Source of the DNA: a virus
Strand: one strand, 5' to 3'
Length of the DNA: 64,000 nt
Virus record (IMG/VR): IMGVR_UViG_3300042356_001708
Location: 1-64,000 of that record
The notes under the pieces are model-generated. The model saw nothing but the letters and a program-made list of their open reading frames with translations, made no database searches and was not told the origin of the DNA. Positions 9,544 through 20,178 of the stretch are shown here, one piece after another; the stretch's first letter is position 1, and each line of letters begins with the position of its first letter. Both the position numbers and the translations under genes were made by a program.

Positions 9544-11445
9544 TTATTCAGATACTCCAAAAGATTGTCCAGGTATTGTTTGACCCGAAGGTAAAACAAC
9601 TGCCGGCTTAACCCCAACAGATAGTTTAGAATTTTGCGCAGATTCTTTTTCCGCACCCTTTAATTGTTGTAACATTGATATCATCCCCATATTCGGAGAG
9701 CCGTCAGGCATAGCCCCTGTTGGTATTCCTAATTGTTGAAGATTCTCAATCGTATTTGTAAATGACCTAATTGCCGATGTTCCACTTCTTAATTCTGCAC
9801 CAAACACTAATGGGAATGGTAATTGATTTGCGGTTAAATTACCGGCAATTTTTAATAGAGTGAATATCTCATCAATTATAGATTTACAACTTCTATAATC
9901 TCTAATTAAACTAATCACCGCCTGTAAAATCTCAATCAATGAGGTTATAACTAAATACGCTTTATTGACTCTCTCATCGTTTATGTCAGAGATTATAGAC
10001 GCAATAAGCTTCCTCAACTCCTTTTTCAATACCTTCATTAATTCTTCAACAAATAACGCTCCTAATTTTGACATGAAGTTAATGATAAACTTTTTGAATT
10101 TTTTTGCAAAGTCCTCTAAATCAACCGCCTCTAATTCTTCCTGAAGAGCTTTAAGCATTATCATAATTGGTAAAAGAACTTTTGGAGATAAAATTGCCAT
10201 ACAAACCGCTTTCGGTAATGTCTTAATAAAATCTAAATTTAAACTAATATTAAATGCTTCTAGTGTCGGAACATTTAATGCAAATTTCCAAGAATCAATG
10301 AGGTCATCAGTTAATGAATTGGCAATTTCTAATTGTTCGTTTATATCATCTGTCTGACTCATTGTATTTAGTTGATTAAAAATCATCTCAGTGTCAACCG
10401 GTAACTTAACTCCTTCACAAGATTCAAATTCAACTATACCTTCAATCACATTACTAATTCTTTGGTCTATTTGTCTTAAATCAACTTCATTAAATGAAAA
10501 AAATGAATCATCTATTGCGTCACTCGGAGAAACCTTGGAGGTCCCCCCAACATCAATTTCATTGGTGTTGTCAAAACATAGTCCAAGAATTCTTTGTAAT
10601 ATTAACATGAATTTTGAATTAGTACCAATTTGAGCTGAACCTAATTTTAAATCAATTGATAAACAGTTGGTTAACTGTTCCATAACTTGCATATAAACAT
10701 TTGAAATTTCAAATATCTTAATTGATTTATAATAGTCAATTAAGAAATCCCCGACTCTGTTTGGTCCCTGAGCTCCATTAAACAATCTATTTTTTAATGT
10801 TACTTTGTAAAAATCTCCAAAATTACCATTGTTATCAGTTGTGACATATTCAATATCAAATAAATCTTGACCTGAAAATCCTAAATATGATTCAAGTGGG
10901 ACTCCCTCATTTTGTAAAAGATTATATAATTCTCTATTCATTGAGAATGGATAAACTCCTACCTCAGTATTTTCTCTCTCATACGCACTTATACCCACAG
11001 TTTCTTCAGGGTCAATTAGTAACATTTTTTGTAAATCAATACTCTGAACTCTAATGTATAATGTTTGAGTTTGATATTCTTGTTGTTGAGAACAACCGAC
11101 AGCATTAATAGCTTCCTCAAACAAAATTTCAGGAATTCTTCTATATGTTGCAATTACAACTTTATTGAATATGTCTTTTAAAGCGTTGGTAGTTGACGAA
11201 CTTTGACCGGTATTAATAGTTATAAGTTGAAGAATTTGTTCTAATTGAGATTGTGCCTGTTGCTGAAATTGTTTTATAGAGTCTTTAGCCGCTGAACTGG
11301 CCCCCTTAACCTTATCTTTAGCATCACTCTGAAAAGAACTACCCTTTTTCTTCAGGTCATTAATACCTGATTTAACCTCCTTATAACCTTTTAAAGAAGA
11401 TATTTTACCATTAACATTATCAATTTGTTCTTGGGGTAAAGGCAT
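9544..11445 (-). CDS. Hypothetical, largely helical protein in the spike operon
   Basis: 633-aa ORF co-oriented with and adjacent to the spike gene. Confidence 0.7.
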   Translation of the reverse strand: MPLPQEQIDNVNGKISSLKGYKEVKSGINDLKKKGSSFQSDAKDKVKGASSAAKDSIKQFQQQAQSQLEQILQLITINTGQSSSTTNALKDIFNKVVIATYRRIPEILFEEAINAVGCSQQQEYQTQTLYIRVQSIDLQKMLLIDPEETVGISAYERENTEVGVYPFSMNRELYNLLQNEGVPLESYLGFSGQDLFDIEYVTTDNNGNFGDFYKVTLKNRLFNGAQGPNRVGDFLIDYYKSIKIFEISNVYMQVMEQLTNCLSIDLKLGSAQIGTNSKFMLILQRILGLCFDNTNEIDVGGTSKVSPSDAIDDSFFSFNEVDLRQIDQRISNVIEGIVEFESCEGVKLPVDTEMIFNQLNTMSQTDDINEQLEIANSLTDDLIDSWKFALNVPTLEAFNISLNLDFIKTLPKAVCMAILSPKVLLPIMIMLKALQEELEAVDLEDFAKKFKKFIINFMSKLGALFVEELMKVLKKELRKLIASIISDINDERVNKAYLVITSLIEILQAVISLIRDYRSCKSIIDEIFTLLKIAGNLTANQLPFPLVFGAELRSGTSAIRSFTNTIENLQQLGIPTGAMPDGSPNMGMISMLQQLKGAEKESAQNSKLSVGVKPAVVLPSGQTIPGQSFGVSE

Positions 11446-11810
11446 TACTTGTTAAGTTTGTAATTTTTATTTTCTTCAATTTCCCTATCTATCAGAGAGT
11501 TAATTAATGTGTCATCTAAATCATTTAAAGTTAATTCAACATCAGAGTTTTGAGTTTTTTCCCACATAGTTGATTGTAGTTTTGAAAGTTGTAGTTTTTT
11601 TTCAACACAATCATTTATAATTTTTTGTTGTTCTTTAATTACAGGTCCTAATACTGTCATGTCTTCAGACTCTTTCATCATTGAAAGCATTTTATTCTGA
11701 ATTCTAATTGCGGTATTTCTTTGTTCTACAAGTTCGTTGTAGATTTCCTGCATCAAGGAGAGCATGGAATCTTTAGTTAAATTAATCTCTTTTTTTTTCG
11801 GTCTACTCAT
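11445..11810 (-). CDS. Hypothetical coiled-coil protein
   Basis: 121-aa ORF; TATTTAT motif 5 nt upstream of ATG. Confidence 0.7.
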   Translation of the reverse strand: MSRPKKKEINLTKDSMLSLMQEIYNELVEQRNTAIRIQNKMLSMMKESEDMTVLGPVIKEQQKIINDCVEKKLQLSKLQSTMWEKTQNSDVELTLNDLDDTLINSLIDREIEENKNYKLNK

Positions 11811-11831
11811 AATCTATAAATACCTATTAAC

Positions 11832-12587
11832 TTATTTATGAATTTCACTAAGAATACTCAAATAAAGTTTTTTGTATTTTTTTAAAGAAATCCTTATCTC
11901 TTTTGTAGATAAATTTGTCATCTCCCTTAGAGATAATAAAATGATATTCTTATTGAATTTATTATTATCCGCCGATGAAAAAATTTCGTCATGATTTTCA
12001 AATAGTTCAAGAAGAGACATACCCAGTTTTAATTCAGTATCGTTTAAATTTTCTTCCTCAATATATTCTCTCAATCTTGAGATAAATTTATTTATAATAT
12101 AATCCGTTTCAACAATATCCTCATCAATTCTATAAGAGAATGAATAACTTTCTTCTAAATCTGAAGAGATATCTTCATAGGATATTTTACGATTTGTCTC
12201 TTTTTGGTCCTTAATTATTTGACCCATCAAATAATTTTTACAAATTGTCCCAAAATAAGAATAAGCCTTCTTATTTTCAGAAGGCCTAAACTTATCAATT
12301 TTTGTCATCAGAAAAGAATGGGTGTCAGCATGGATTTCAATAAAGTCCATATCTTTTCTATATAATTTATATCTTCTAATTATTGAAGATATCATCTTAT
12401 CTAATGGACCCCGTAAAAACTCATTGTAAATTTTGTTTTTTTCATATTCACAATCAGTCACAAGATACATTCTTACCGCATTTTCTTCCCTAACATCAAA
12501 GTAGTTTTCAGTTTTTGATTTTCTACTTTTTTTGTTTTGAGCGGTCGTTTCATTAATATTTGAAGTATCGGTTGGATTGACAACCAT
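11832..12587 (-). CDS. Phage RNA polymerase sigma factor (gp55-like, sigma region 2)
   Basis: ENYF..EENAV..Y, IYN.FL..PL.KM..SIIRRY, FLMTKIDKF.P...KKAYSYFGTICKNYL resemble sigma region 2 of phage late sigma factors. Confidence 0.65.
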   Translation of the reverse strand: MVVNPTDTSNINETTAQNKKSRKSKTENYFDVREENAVRMYLVTDCEYEKNKIYNEFLRGPLDKMISSIIRRYKLYRKDMDFIEIHADTHSFLMTKIDKFRPSENKKAYSYFGTICKNYLMGQIIKDQKETNRKISYEDISSDLEESYSFSYRIDEDIVETDYIINKFISRLREYIEEENLNDTELKLGMSLLELFENHDEIFSSADNNKFNKNIILLSLREMTNLSTKEIRISLKKYKKLYLSILSEIHK

Positions 12588-13405
12588 TATCCATTGATTT
12601 CTTCATTTATCACTCTTTCTTCTTTAAAGAAATATTCTTGTTTTGCGGTTTGAATCCAAAACTTAACTTCATTTTCAGACAATCTATCAGTTCCGAATTT
12701 ATGGTGCCAAAAAATTGACCCCTCTCTCATGTTCAAATGTTTATACCCAATTTTTGGAATTGTCATAATACGAACAGAGTTGTATGTTAATCTTAATAAA
12801 AGTTCATAAACAAAAGTTAATTTCAACGTACTTTTAAAACCTCCAAATTTTTCAAATAATGATTTTTTGAAAACCATTCCTGATGTTTGGAAATTTTGAT
12901 ACTCATGAAGAGTCTCGTTTGAAAGAATTCCAATTTCTTGTGAAAAGTTAGCCGCAAAAGTTGCTTCATTAGTGAATCCGGCAAATACTCCCTTATCATC
13001 AACATCTACAACTATTGATAAAAATGCATCAACATCTTTATAGGATTCAGAATATTTTTTAGCGTTTTTAAACCAAATTTTAGAATATTCATCATCAAAT
13101 TCTAAAATTGACACCCATTTTGTTTTGGTGTTTTCAACACCAAAGTTAACTTGACTACCAAAATTAGGTTCATTCTTCCAAACTAAACGAGTTACATTTA
13201 TCCCTGAAAAATCATAAGAATCTAAAAATTCAGTTAATTGTGTCTCATCAGTTTGAACAATAATCAATTCTCCAAACGAAACTGTTTGAGTGTGTAATGA
13301 GGTAATTGCTGCGTGGAATAATTCATCAAAACGCTTAGCACTTGAGGATTTAATTGGTAAAATTACGGTTAAATCCATTTTATCTTTAATTTCAGTTGTT
13401 TCCAT
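12587..13405 (-). CDS. Glycosyltransferase family 2-like
   Basis: LTVILPI, NFGVEN..TKWVSILEFDD (DxD position), GMVFKK.LF...GGF. Confidence 0.8.
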   Translation of the reverse strand: METTEIKDKMDLTVILPIKSSSAKRFDELFHAAITSLHTQTVSFGELIIVQTDETQLTEFLDSYDFSGINVTRLVWKNEPNFGSQVNFGVENTKTKWVSILEFDDEYSKIWFKNAKKYSESYKDVDAFLSIVVDVDDKGVFAGFTNEATFAANFSQEIGILSNETLHEYQNFQTSGMVFKKSLFEKFGGFKSTLKLTFVYELLLRLTYNSVRIMTIPKIGYKHLNMREGSIFWHHKFGTDRLSENEVKFWIQTAKQEYFFKEERVINEEING

Positions 13406-14475
13406 TATTGTTGATTTTCTTCTTCAGTTTGTAGTTTATTTAATTGTGATTTAAAGCTTGTTATTCTACTTTCAAAATAACCATCAAATAGTTTAGTTAC
13501 GTTGTCATTGAACATCTCTTCAGTTGGTAATGTATTAACAGTTTGTTCCATTTCAGTATAGATTTGTTCACTAATGTTATCTTCCAACCAATTCTGTAGT
13601 AAATCTGCAGTAAAATCTAACACCAAATTTTCATTATCAATCCAAATACCGTTAGATTCATTCATCCATGTTGGAACAAGATTTGGCTTCATACCCAAAC
13701 ACAAAACTCCTGATTTCATTGATTCTAATGGGAATGTTCCATACCCGCTTGTCTCATCAATCCATACTGATAAAAATGATTCGGAAAGTTGCTCTGCAAA
13801 TATTTTTTCAGACACACCTCTCAAGTCTCTAAAAGTTACCCATCTGTATTGTGGGAATTTTAAATAGAATCCTTTAATAAAATTAACCGCCTTTCTTTGG
13901 TCTCTTGAAACCACAGATACAATTGGTTTTTGAGGGACATTAGGATTTTTAAAGGTATCTGAAATGAATGGTTCAATAATATCAAATGATAAACCTCTCA
14001 TAACTTGCCCGATATAATTTTTTTGAGACTCGGAGGTTGTAATACATTTAATAAATCCGTATTGTGGCCAAGAAGAACCTGGCTTAAGTGTCTCAAGCAT
14101 ATGGTCATAAGCTTGACACATTACAATCTTGGCACAAGGAAGGTTAATAATTTGTTCCATTACAAATGAATAGATTTCAGGAATGATAATAAAATCTTCG
14201 GGAGAGACCTCCAAATTTTTTGATTCAATTGATTTGTGAGGGATTTCCATATATTTCTCACCTAACCATTCTCCGACTCCAATATAGTCATTCTTTTCGT
14301 GTAGAATAATTGCGTTATACCCTGAATTATTTAGAGCCAATGCGAATTGATACATGTATCTTACTGAGGCTTTAGGGTTTCCCTTAGTGTCTTGAACCAT
14401 AACATAAATTCTTGCAGTTTTACTTTCAAGATGTGAAATTGATTCTTCTAATTTTTTAATTTGTTGTTCTTCCAT
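13405..14475 (-). CDS. GT-B fold glycosyltransferase-like protein (GT4-like)
   Basis: DFIIIPEI, GYGTFPLESMKSG (E.FG.P.LEAM..G-type motif). Confidence 0.7.
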   Translation of the reverse strand: MEEQQIKKLEESISHLESKTARIYVMVQDTKGNPKASVRYMYQFALALNNSGYNAIILHEKNDYIGVGEWLGEKYMEIPHKSIESKNLEVSPEDFIIIPEIYSFVMEQIINLPCAKIVMCQAYDHMLETLKPGSSWPQYGFIKCITTSESQKNYIGQVMRGLSFDIIEPFISDTFKNPNVPQKPIVSVVSRDQRKAVNFIKGFYLKFPQYRWVTFRDLRGVSEKIFAEQLSESFLSVWIDETSGYGTFPLESMKSGVLCLGMKPNLVPTWMNESNGIWIDNENLVLDFTADLLQNWLEDNISEQIYTEMEQTVNTLPTEEMFNDNVTKLFDGYFESRITSFKSQLNKLQTEEENQQ

Positions 14476-14476
14476 A

Positions 14477-14740
14477 TTAGTATTTGTTAATTATGCTTTT
14501 ATTTAATAGTGTGTTAAATGCTAGTTTAAAAGGTATAGACATTCCATCTGCTCTTGGACCTAATTTCTCATCAACTTCTTCCTGAGAGTCCATCACAACC
14601 TCAACCATCAATTTAATCATTTCGTATTTTACAATGTTGATATGATTTTCACCAGTGTCCGCACTAACTTTGGGCATTTGAACATAAGCATCCAATGCGT
14701 CCAAATCAAAGTAATAGTTTTCGTTTAAAATTTTAATCAT
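14477..14740 (-). CDS. Hypothetical protein
   Basis: 87-aa ORF tightly packed in the operon. Confidence 0.7.
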   Translation of the reverse strand: MIKILNENYYFDLDALDAYVQMPKVSADTGENHINIVKYEMIKLMVEVVMDSQEEVDEKLGPRADGMSIPFKLAFNTLLNKSIINKY

Positions 14741-15335
14741 TTAATTCTTTAATTTTAAGTTTATCTGAAAATTCTTTTAAGGAATTGATGGACTCAACAT
14801 ATTCAATATTTTCATTGTACTTTGTGTTGAATTTAATCACCCTTACATTTTCAGGATGATTTAATAATAAGTCAGGATTTGCCGTAAGTAAAACGTCTAT
14901 TCTATCCCACATTGAATTTATTGTAGAATTTGAATAAAATTTTACTTCTTCAGTTAAACATCCGAATTTTGAAAGGAAAAATAACGTTGCTGGTTTTGAT
15001 TTACCAATTTCATCAGAAACAATGATAATGTCATTATTGTTCCTCAAATCCAAATAAAGATTATTGAAATCATTAAATGTAAATGTTTCTGTAGAACCGG
15101 CATGACCAAATATCTCCATTGCGTTTTCTTCATATAAAAATGAAAAAAATTCTTCGTCATCTTTGAATGTAAAATGCTCTCGTAAATTCAAGCTTGTAAC
15201 AGGTAAGGTCATTTCATATTTAAATTCGTGTTCCTCAAACCCTTCCCATTTATCAATAAAATATTTTTGATAAACTTGTTCTAATTTACCAATGGTGTCC
15301 CGAAGAACACCATTAATTTCAATACCAATCCTCAT
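14733..15335 (-). CDS. HAD-fold 5'(3')-deoxyribonucleotidase-like protein with degenerate catalytic motifs
   Basis: MRIGIEINGVLRD aligns with NT5C-type IGIDIDGVL.D; C-terminal YNENI typical of the family. Confidence 0.6.
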   Translation of the reverse strand: MRIGIEINGVLRDTIGKLEQVYQKYFIDKWEGFEEHEFKYEMTLPVTSLNLREHFTFKDDEEFFSFLYEENAMEIFGHAGSTETFTFNDFNNLYLDLRNNNDIIIVSDEIGKSKPATLFFLSKFGCLTEEVKFYSNSTINSMWDRIDVLLTANPDLLLNHPENVRVIKFNTKYNENIEYVESINSLKEFSDKLKIKELND

Positions 15336-16069
15336 GCGTCGTATTTTCTTAATATTTTAGAAATTAAAGGATTCCTAACAACGTCTTCATCTCCAAATTT
15401 GTGAACTCCAATATCAGGAACATCACTAAATTTTTCAATTGCGTCAAATAATCCTGAATGTCTTTTATCTTTATATCTGTCAGTTTGTTCAATATCTCCA
15501 GATATAAAAAATTTACTATTAAACCCAATTCTTGTCAATAGAAGTTTCATTTGACTTGGAGATGAGTTTTGCGCTTCCTCAAATATTAAGATTGAATTAT
15601 CAATGTTCATACCTCTCATATAAGCTAATGCAAAAACTTCAATAACTTCAATTTGTTTTAGTTTTTCTCTTGCCTCTTTCCCAATAATCTTATTTAAGAG
15701 ATAATATGATGGAAAAATATATGGGTCTAATTTTTCCTCTAAATTACCAGGTAATGAACCTAATTTCTCTTCAGCTTCAACCGCTGGTCTAACAATAATA
15801 ATCTTTTCAAATGAATTATCGTTGTCGTGAATTAAATCAACCGCAGCTTTCATTGCGATATAACTTTTACCAACACCCGCAGGTCCTGAACAAATTGTGA
15901 TTTGGTTATTATATAATTTATCATAATATTCTTTCTGACTTTCAGTTAGAAATTTATTCTTAGTTCTCTTAACTATTGACCGTATTTGGTCTTTTTTAGA
16001 GATTTTTGGATTAGTCTCAGAAGTCGCAAAAGACGACTCTTTACTTGGTGTAGTTTTTTTTCTTGTCAT
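15332..16069 (-). CDS. phoH: PhoH-family ATPase
   Basis: GPAGVGKS, RPAVEAEEKLGSLPG, LAYMRG, EEAQN, LLTRIG, GDIEQTD, VVRNPLI. Confidence 0.95.
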   Translation of the reverse strand: MTRKKTTPSKESSFATSETNPKISKKDQIRSIVKRTKNKFLTESQKEYYDKLYNNQITICSGPAGVGKSYIAMKAAVDLIHDNDNSFEKIIIVRPAVEAEEKLGSLPGNLEEKLDPYIFPSYYLLNKIIGKEAREKLKQIEVIEVFALAYMRGMNIDNSILIFEEAQNSSPSQMKLLLTRIGFNSKFFISGDIEQTDRYKDKRHSGLFDAIEKFSDVPDIGVHKFGDEDVVRNPLISKILRKYDA

Positions 16070-17582
16070 TAATTATAGTGTATGTAATATTATCCGATAA
16101 GAAAATAATATTCTCATTTATTTTTTTTTCAAGAGTTAACCAGTCTGAGTATTCGTTGGCCATCTTGTCTTTATTTTTATTTCTTGTTTTGGATTCATAG
16201 TGATATGCCACCGATGTACCGTCAAAAACATTCTTCAACCCAATTGATTCACAAACAATATTAAGCTCAACGTCTTCAAAACATTCATTATAATTTTCAT
16301 TAAAACCTGATATTTTTTCAAATATTTTTTTTCTAATCATTAATAATGCTCCCGTACTTCCAACACATTTTTTAACACCTGTTGTAGATTTATAATAACT
16401 TCCTAAATTATCATGAGATACTCTTAATTTATTATCGGGTTGAGATACCATTACTACTATACCATTATGTTGCAATGTGTTATCACCATAATACAATCTA
16501 GCCCCAACTGTTCCGGTGTTATGGTTTGAATTAAAAATATTAACCATTTTATAAATGACATCATTTAATATTTTAACATCATTGTTACAAAATAATAAAT
16601 AATTGAACTCATCAGTTACATAATTTTTTACAACATCATTATTAATTTTTGCAAAATTGTAATAATTGTACTCAATTAATTTAACATTATCTTTAAGTGA
16701 CAAAAATTTCTTTAATTCTTCTTTTTCCTCATCTGTTGAGCCGGTGTCGGCAACAAATATTGTAAAATTAGATGAGTCACATTCAGAATAAAATGAATTA
16801 ATACAATCAAATAATAGTTGTAAATTACCTTTTGTTGGAATAATTATTGCAACTTTATCCTTACCTTTTAATTTCTTAGGACTCGTTTTTTCAAACGGAA
16901 CTGACTCAGGTTTTAAATCTAAAGGTAACTTATCTCCCCATTTCTGTAAAAATTTATCCTTACTCTCATAAAACTCTTGGTTTGGTTGACCAACAGACTC
17001 GTGTGTAATTTCAAATGAAGTTGTCACCCCAATTTTAATACCCTCTAAGTGATTGGGGATACAGAATAAATGGTCGTAAAAGTGGAATCTACCAATTGAT
17101 TCATCAAAAGTGTGTTTGATTTTTGTTTTATCAAATGAAATAAATAAACCGTCAATCGTTACTACAGGTATTAAAAATGGGAATTTGTTTGAGTATTTAT
17201 TTAACCATTTTTTCTGTCCTTTTGGTTCATGATAAACCTGGCCAACCATTGTTTGGTTCATTCTTTCCCAGTAGATACCTGATGACGGAAAATAACAAGA
17301 ACCCGCTTTTCCAATTATGCCAAATTCAGGATTTTTGGTAAAATCCTTTATTAGTTTTTTACCCCATCCAGTTTCCAATCTAATATCATTATGACAACAA
17401 ACTATTATATTATATTTTGATTTATGAATTCCTTTATTATAAAGTTCGGATAAAGAATATTGATTGTGATTGGTATATTCTAAGATTTCATATTCTTTTA
17501 CCCCAATTGTCTTTTTTAAATGCGATTTAAAATTATTGTTATAATTCTCATCTTTATGTGTTGAATATATTATTGTTATCAT
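16041..17582 (-). CDS. Two-domain glycosyltransferase (GT2-like plus GT2)
   Basis: CCHNDI, TIDGLF, FHFYD in the N-domain; IIIPT, NFAKINN, LFCNNDV, GARLYY, EDVEL, HYESKTR in the C-domain. Confidence 0.85.
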   Translation of the reverse strand: MITIIYSTHKDENYNNNFKSHLKKTIGVKEYEILEYTNHNQYSLSELYNKGIHKSKYNIIVCCHNDIRLETGWGKKLIKDFTKNPEFGIIGKAGSCYFPSSGIYWERMNQTMVGQVYHEPKGQKKWLNKYSNKFPFLIPVVTIDGLFISFDKTKIKHTFDESIGRFHFYDHLFCIPNHLEGIKIGVTTSFEITHESVGQPNQEFYESKDKFLQKWGDKLPLDLKPESVPFEKTSPKKLKGKDKVAIIIPTKGNLQLLFDCINSFYSECDSSNFTIFVADTGSTDEEKEELKKFLSLKDNVKLIEYNYYNFAKINNDVVKNYVTDEFNYLLFCNNDVKILNDVIYKMVNIFNSNHNTGTVGARLYYGDNTLQHNGIVVMVSQPDNKLRVSHDNLGSYYKSTTGVKKCVGSTGALLMIRKKIFEKISGFNENYNECFEDVELNIVCESIGLKNVFDGTSVAYHYESKTRNKNKDKMANEYSDWLTLEKKINENIIFLSDNITYTIINDKKKNYTK

Positions 17583-17590
17583 AATTTAAA

Positions 17591-18316
17591 TTATTTATTA
17601 TCGTACATAAAGTCACGAGCGGTAAAATCCTCAACATCATTAAAATTATGGTCATCAAATTCTGATAATTTTCTAATCATTGCGTGATGGTCCGCCCTAC
17701 CCCTATCAACTTTTTCACGAAACTCTTCAATCGTTTTACAAAAATAATGATTTAATTGGGCAACATCAATAGGACCTTCATGGTTATATGGACCTGAAAA
17801 TTCTTTATGATTAGTGTCCGATACTGATGAATTTGGAGTATGTACATCAATGTGATTATGGGCGTATGATGTATTTACTATAGATTTAACATGAGGATTG
17901 ACTGAATTTTGTCTACGAGTAAATCTTTCTATTAGTCCATAGTCAGAATCATTTACCTCATTTAGATTATTATCCCCAAATAATAACCAATTAATTCCAA
18001 CCGCAGGATGATGATTATATTCAGATAAAAAATCACCAATTGTTTCATGTTTATGTAAAACTAAGAATTCATCAATATCAAAAAACGCAACCCAATCATA
18101 CACCCATTTAATTTTTTGGTAACAATCATTATATGCAAATCTTTGTATTCCTTTACCTTTAATTGGAGTTAAATGAACATTAGGATGTTCATATTCAAAT
18201 TCCCAATCATTGTGATAAATGTAAATGTCATTAAATCCTAATTTAAAATTATATTTAATCCATTCATCTATATACCTATCTTCATTTTTTGCAACACATA
18301 CTAACGCAATTCTCAT
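17591..18316 (-). CDS. Glycosyltransferase (GT2_4/GT92-like)
   Basis: CVAKNEDRYIDEWIKY, Q..AYNDC, WVAFFDIDEF, INWLLFG, LNHYFCKT.EEF..K..RG. Confidence 0.8.
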   Translation of the reverse strand: MRIALVCVAKNEDRYIDEWIKYNFKLGFNDIYIYHNDWEFEYEHPNVHLTPIKGKGIQRFAYNDCYQKIKWVYDWVAFFDIDEFLVLHKHETIGDFLSEYNHHPAVGINWLLFGDNNLNEVNDSDYGLIERFTRRQNSVNPHVKSIVNTSYAHNHIDVHTPNSSVSDTNHKEFSGPYNHEGPIDVAQLNHYFCKTIEEFREKVDRGRADHHAMIRKLSEFDDHNFNDVEDFTARDFMYDNK

Positions 18317-18320
18317 AATA

Positions 18321-18866
18321 TTATATTTTTACCCACCATTGTTGATGTCCAACTTTATTCACTTCATTATTAAAAATTTCATTTACTGCTTTAACAACTC
18401 CTGGCCACCCTGGCGTGTAGTCATCACCACAGATAATTCCACCTTTTTTAACTTTTGGTAACCAATTTAAAACATCTTCTTTAACACTTTCATAGTCGTG
18501 AGATGCGTCGATGTAAACAACATCAAAATACTCATTATCGTATTTTGTACATTCATTTAATGAATCATTTTTAATTACTTTAATTTTATCAATAATCGGT
18601 TTTAAATTCTCTAAAGTAATAGTATGGTAATCAATAGTATTATCATGTTCAGTAGAACCGGTAAAATGGTCAATCGCCAAATATTCATAATCAATTCCAT
18701 GATTAATTAGCTCAACATTCCAAATTGATGTCCCTCTACCCATATATACTCCAATTTCCGCAATATTTAAAAAGGGTTTATCAATCTCTTTAATAATTAA
18801 TTTAATAAGATTTCCTTGGTCATTCATGGATGACCATCCATTAATAGATTCAAAAAAATGTTCCAT
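18321..18866 (-). CDS. Class I SAM-dependent methyltransferase (Methyltransf_24-like)
   Basis: EIGVYMGRGT, IDHF, YIDASHDYESVKED, KKGGIICGDDY. Confidence 0.85.
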   Translation of the reverse strand: MEHFFESINGWSSMNDQGNLIKLIIKEIDKPFLNIAEIGVYMGRGTSIWNVELINHGIDYEYLAIDHFTGSTEHDNTIDYHTITLENLKPIIDKIKVIKNDSLNECTKYDNEYFDVVYIDASHDYESVKEDVLNWLPKVKKGGIICGDDYTPGWPGVVKAVNEIFNNEVNKVGHQQWWVKI

Positions 18867-18893
18867 TGTTTTATTTATTTTATTTTATTTTTT

Positions 18894-19478
18894 TTATATT
18901 CCGGTACTTCCGAATCCGTTTTCGTTTCTGTCTTTATTTTCAATCTCATCAATTTCCTCAAGTTCAACCCATTTTCCATTCATACAATGGGCATAAACCG
19001 CTTGAGCGATTCTCATTCCACGCTCAACTTGGAATGGTTCTTGAGATGAGTTAAATAGGACAATTTTAACTTCACCTGTGTATCCACAATCTATCGTGCC
19101 GGGTGAATTTAAAACCATAATTCCGTATTTTGCGGCTAATCCACTACGACTTCTAATTTGAAGTTCCGTTCCATCGGGTAAATTAAATGATAATCCCGTC
19201 CCGATTATTGCCCTTGAAAGAGGAGGTATTGATACTGATTCGGTTGAACATAAATCAAAACCAGAATCTGTTTGATAATTATATTTTGGGGTTGTTGCCA
19301 ATGGACTAAGAATTTTATATTCTAACCTTTTCTTAGGTGCGTAATTTGACATGTCAAAATTTTCTTGAATTTCTTTAATTTGACCAGCAAGAGACTTCAT
19401 TGCATTTTTATAATTTTCTTTAGGGTCATCATTAAAATATTTTTGATAATCTTTTAAATTGTAATGTTTCTCACTCAT
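18894..19478 (-). CDS. dut: Trimeric dUTPase
   Basis: DSGFDL, RSRSGLA, NSPGTIDCGYTGE, RIAQ, RNENGFGSTG. Confidence 0.95.
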   Translation of the reverse strand: MSEKHYNLKDYQKYFNDDPKENYKNAMKSLAGQIKEIQENFDMSNYAPKKRLEYKILSPLATTPKYNYQTDSGFDLCSTESVSIPPLSRAIIGTGLSFNLPDGTELQIRSRSGLAAKYGIMVLNSPGTIDCGYTGEVKIVLFNSSQEPFQVERGMRIAQAVYAHCMNGKWVELEEIDEIENKDRNENGFGSTGI

Positions 19479-19479
19479 A

Positions 19480-20178
19480 TTATAAACTTTTAATTTTTTT
19501 TATTACTTCAACCAAACACTCAACATCTTTTTCACAATACTCTTTAATTTGGTCATACTTCTCATCAAACCAATATGATTTGTGAACTGAATCTCCAGTT
19601 ACTTCCATAGTCTTTGATGAAGGAACTCCTAAACTAACACACATTAATTCCAAAGATGAAATTGCTCCGAACTGTCCATACTGCCAAAACTCTTTGGTAT
19701 CAACGGCTTTAATTTCCCAAGGCTTAGTATCATGAGATGGTAACATCTGAGACGGACGAATTCCATTGATAATCATTCGTTTTGCTAACATAGGGATATC
19801 AAAATTCTTTAAGTTATGTCCACAAAGAATAAAATTTAATTTGTTAACCTTATCCAACAAACTATTAACTTCTTTTAGAAGAATTTTTTCATCAGAATTG
19901 AAGAAAGTTTGTTTTCTTAACTCCCCTTTTGGGTCAACAAAGGCAACTGATACGCAAATTATTTTTGCAAACTCAGGGACCAATGCGGAACGTTTATTAA
20001 ACATTTCTCCCAAATCTAAATGAGCGTCTTCTGCAAATCTTTTCTGAAACCAATCGTAATAGTTCTTATACTGAAAACAAAGTTCAGAGTAATCAATACA
20101 AAATTGGTCATATGTACTTGAAACTCCCACCGTTTCAATGTCAATAAATAAAATATGGTCTAATGCGGTTGTTATCAT
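19480..20178 (-). CDS. DnaQ/PolB-like 3'-5' exonuclease
   Basis: FIDIETV, GHNLKNFDIP, YCEKDV (ExoI/II/III motifs). Confidence 0.85.
   Translation of the reverse strand: MITTALDHILFIDIETVGVSSTYDQFCIDYSELCFQYKNYYDWFQKRFAEDAHLDLGEMFNKRSALVPEFAKIICVSVAFVDPKGELRKQTFFNSDEKILLKEVNSLLDKVNKLNFILCGHNLKNFDIPMLAKRMIINGIRPSQMLPSHDTKPWEIKAVDTKEFWQYGQFGAISSLELMCVSLGVPSSKTMEVTGDSVHKSYWFDEKYDQIKEYCEKDVECLVEVIKKIKSL

Noticed and set aside
9540-9656. Extended starts given by the ORF track (9656, also 3722, 7811, 43010, 56448)
   Set aside because: They use alternative codons, overlap neighbouring genes or promoter motifs; downstream ATGs fit better.
11815-11822. Canonical T4 late promoters TATAAATA on the plus strand (also 47766, 49441, 53021)
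   Set aside because: Each lies just upstream of a minus-strand gene, and at 11815, 47766 and 49441 no plus-strand gene follows; they fit better as TATTTAT on the coding strand.
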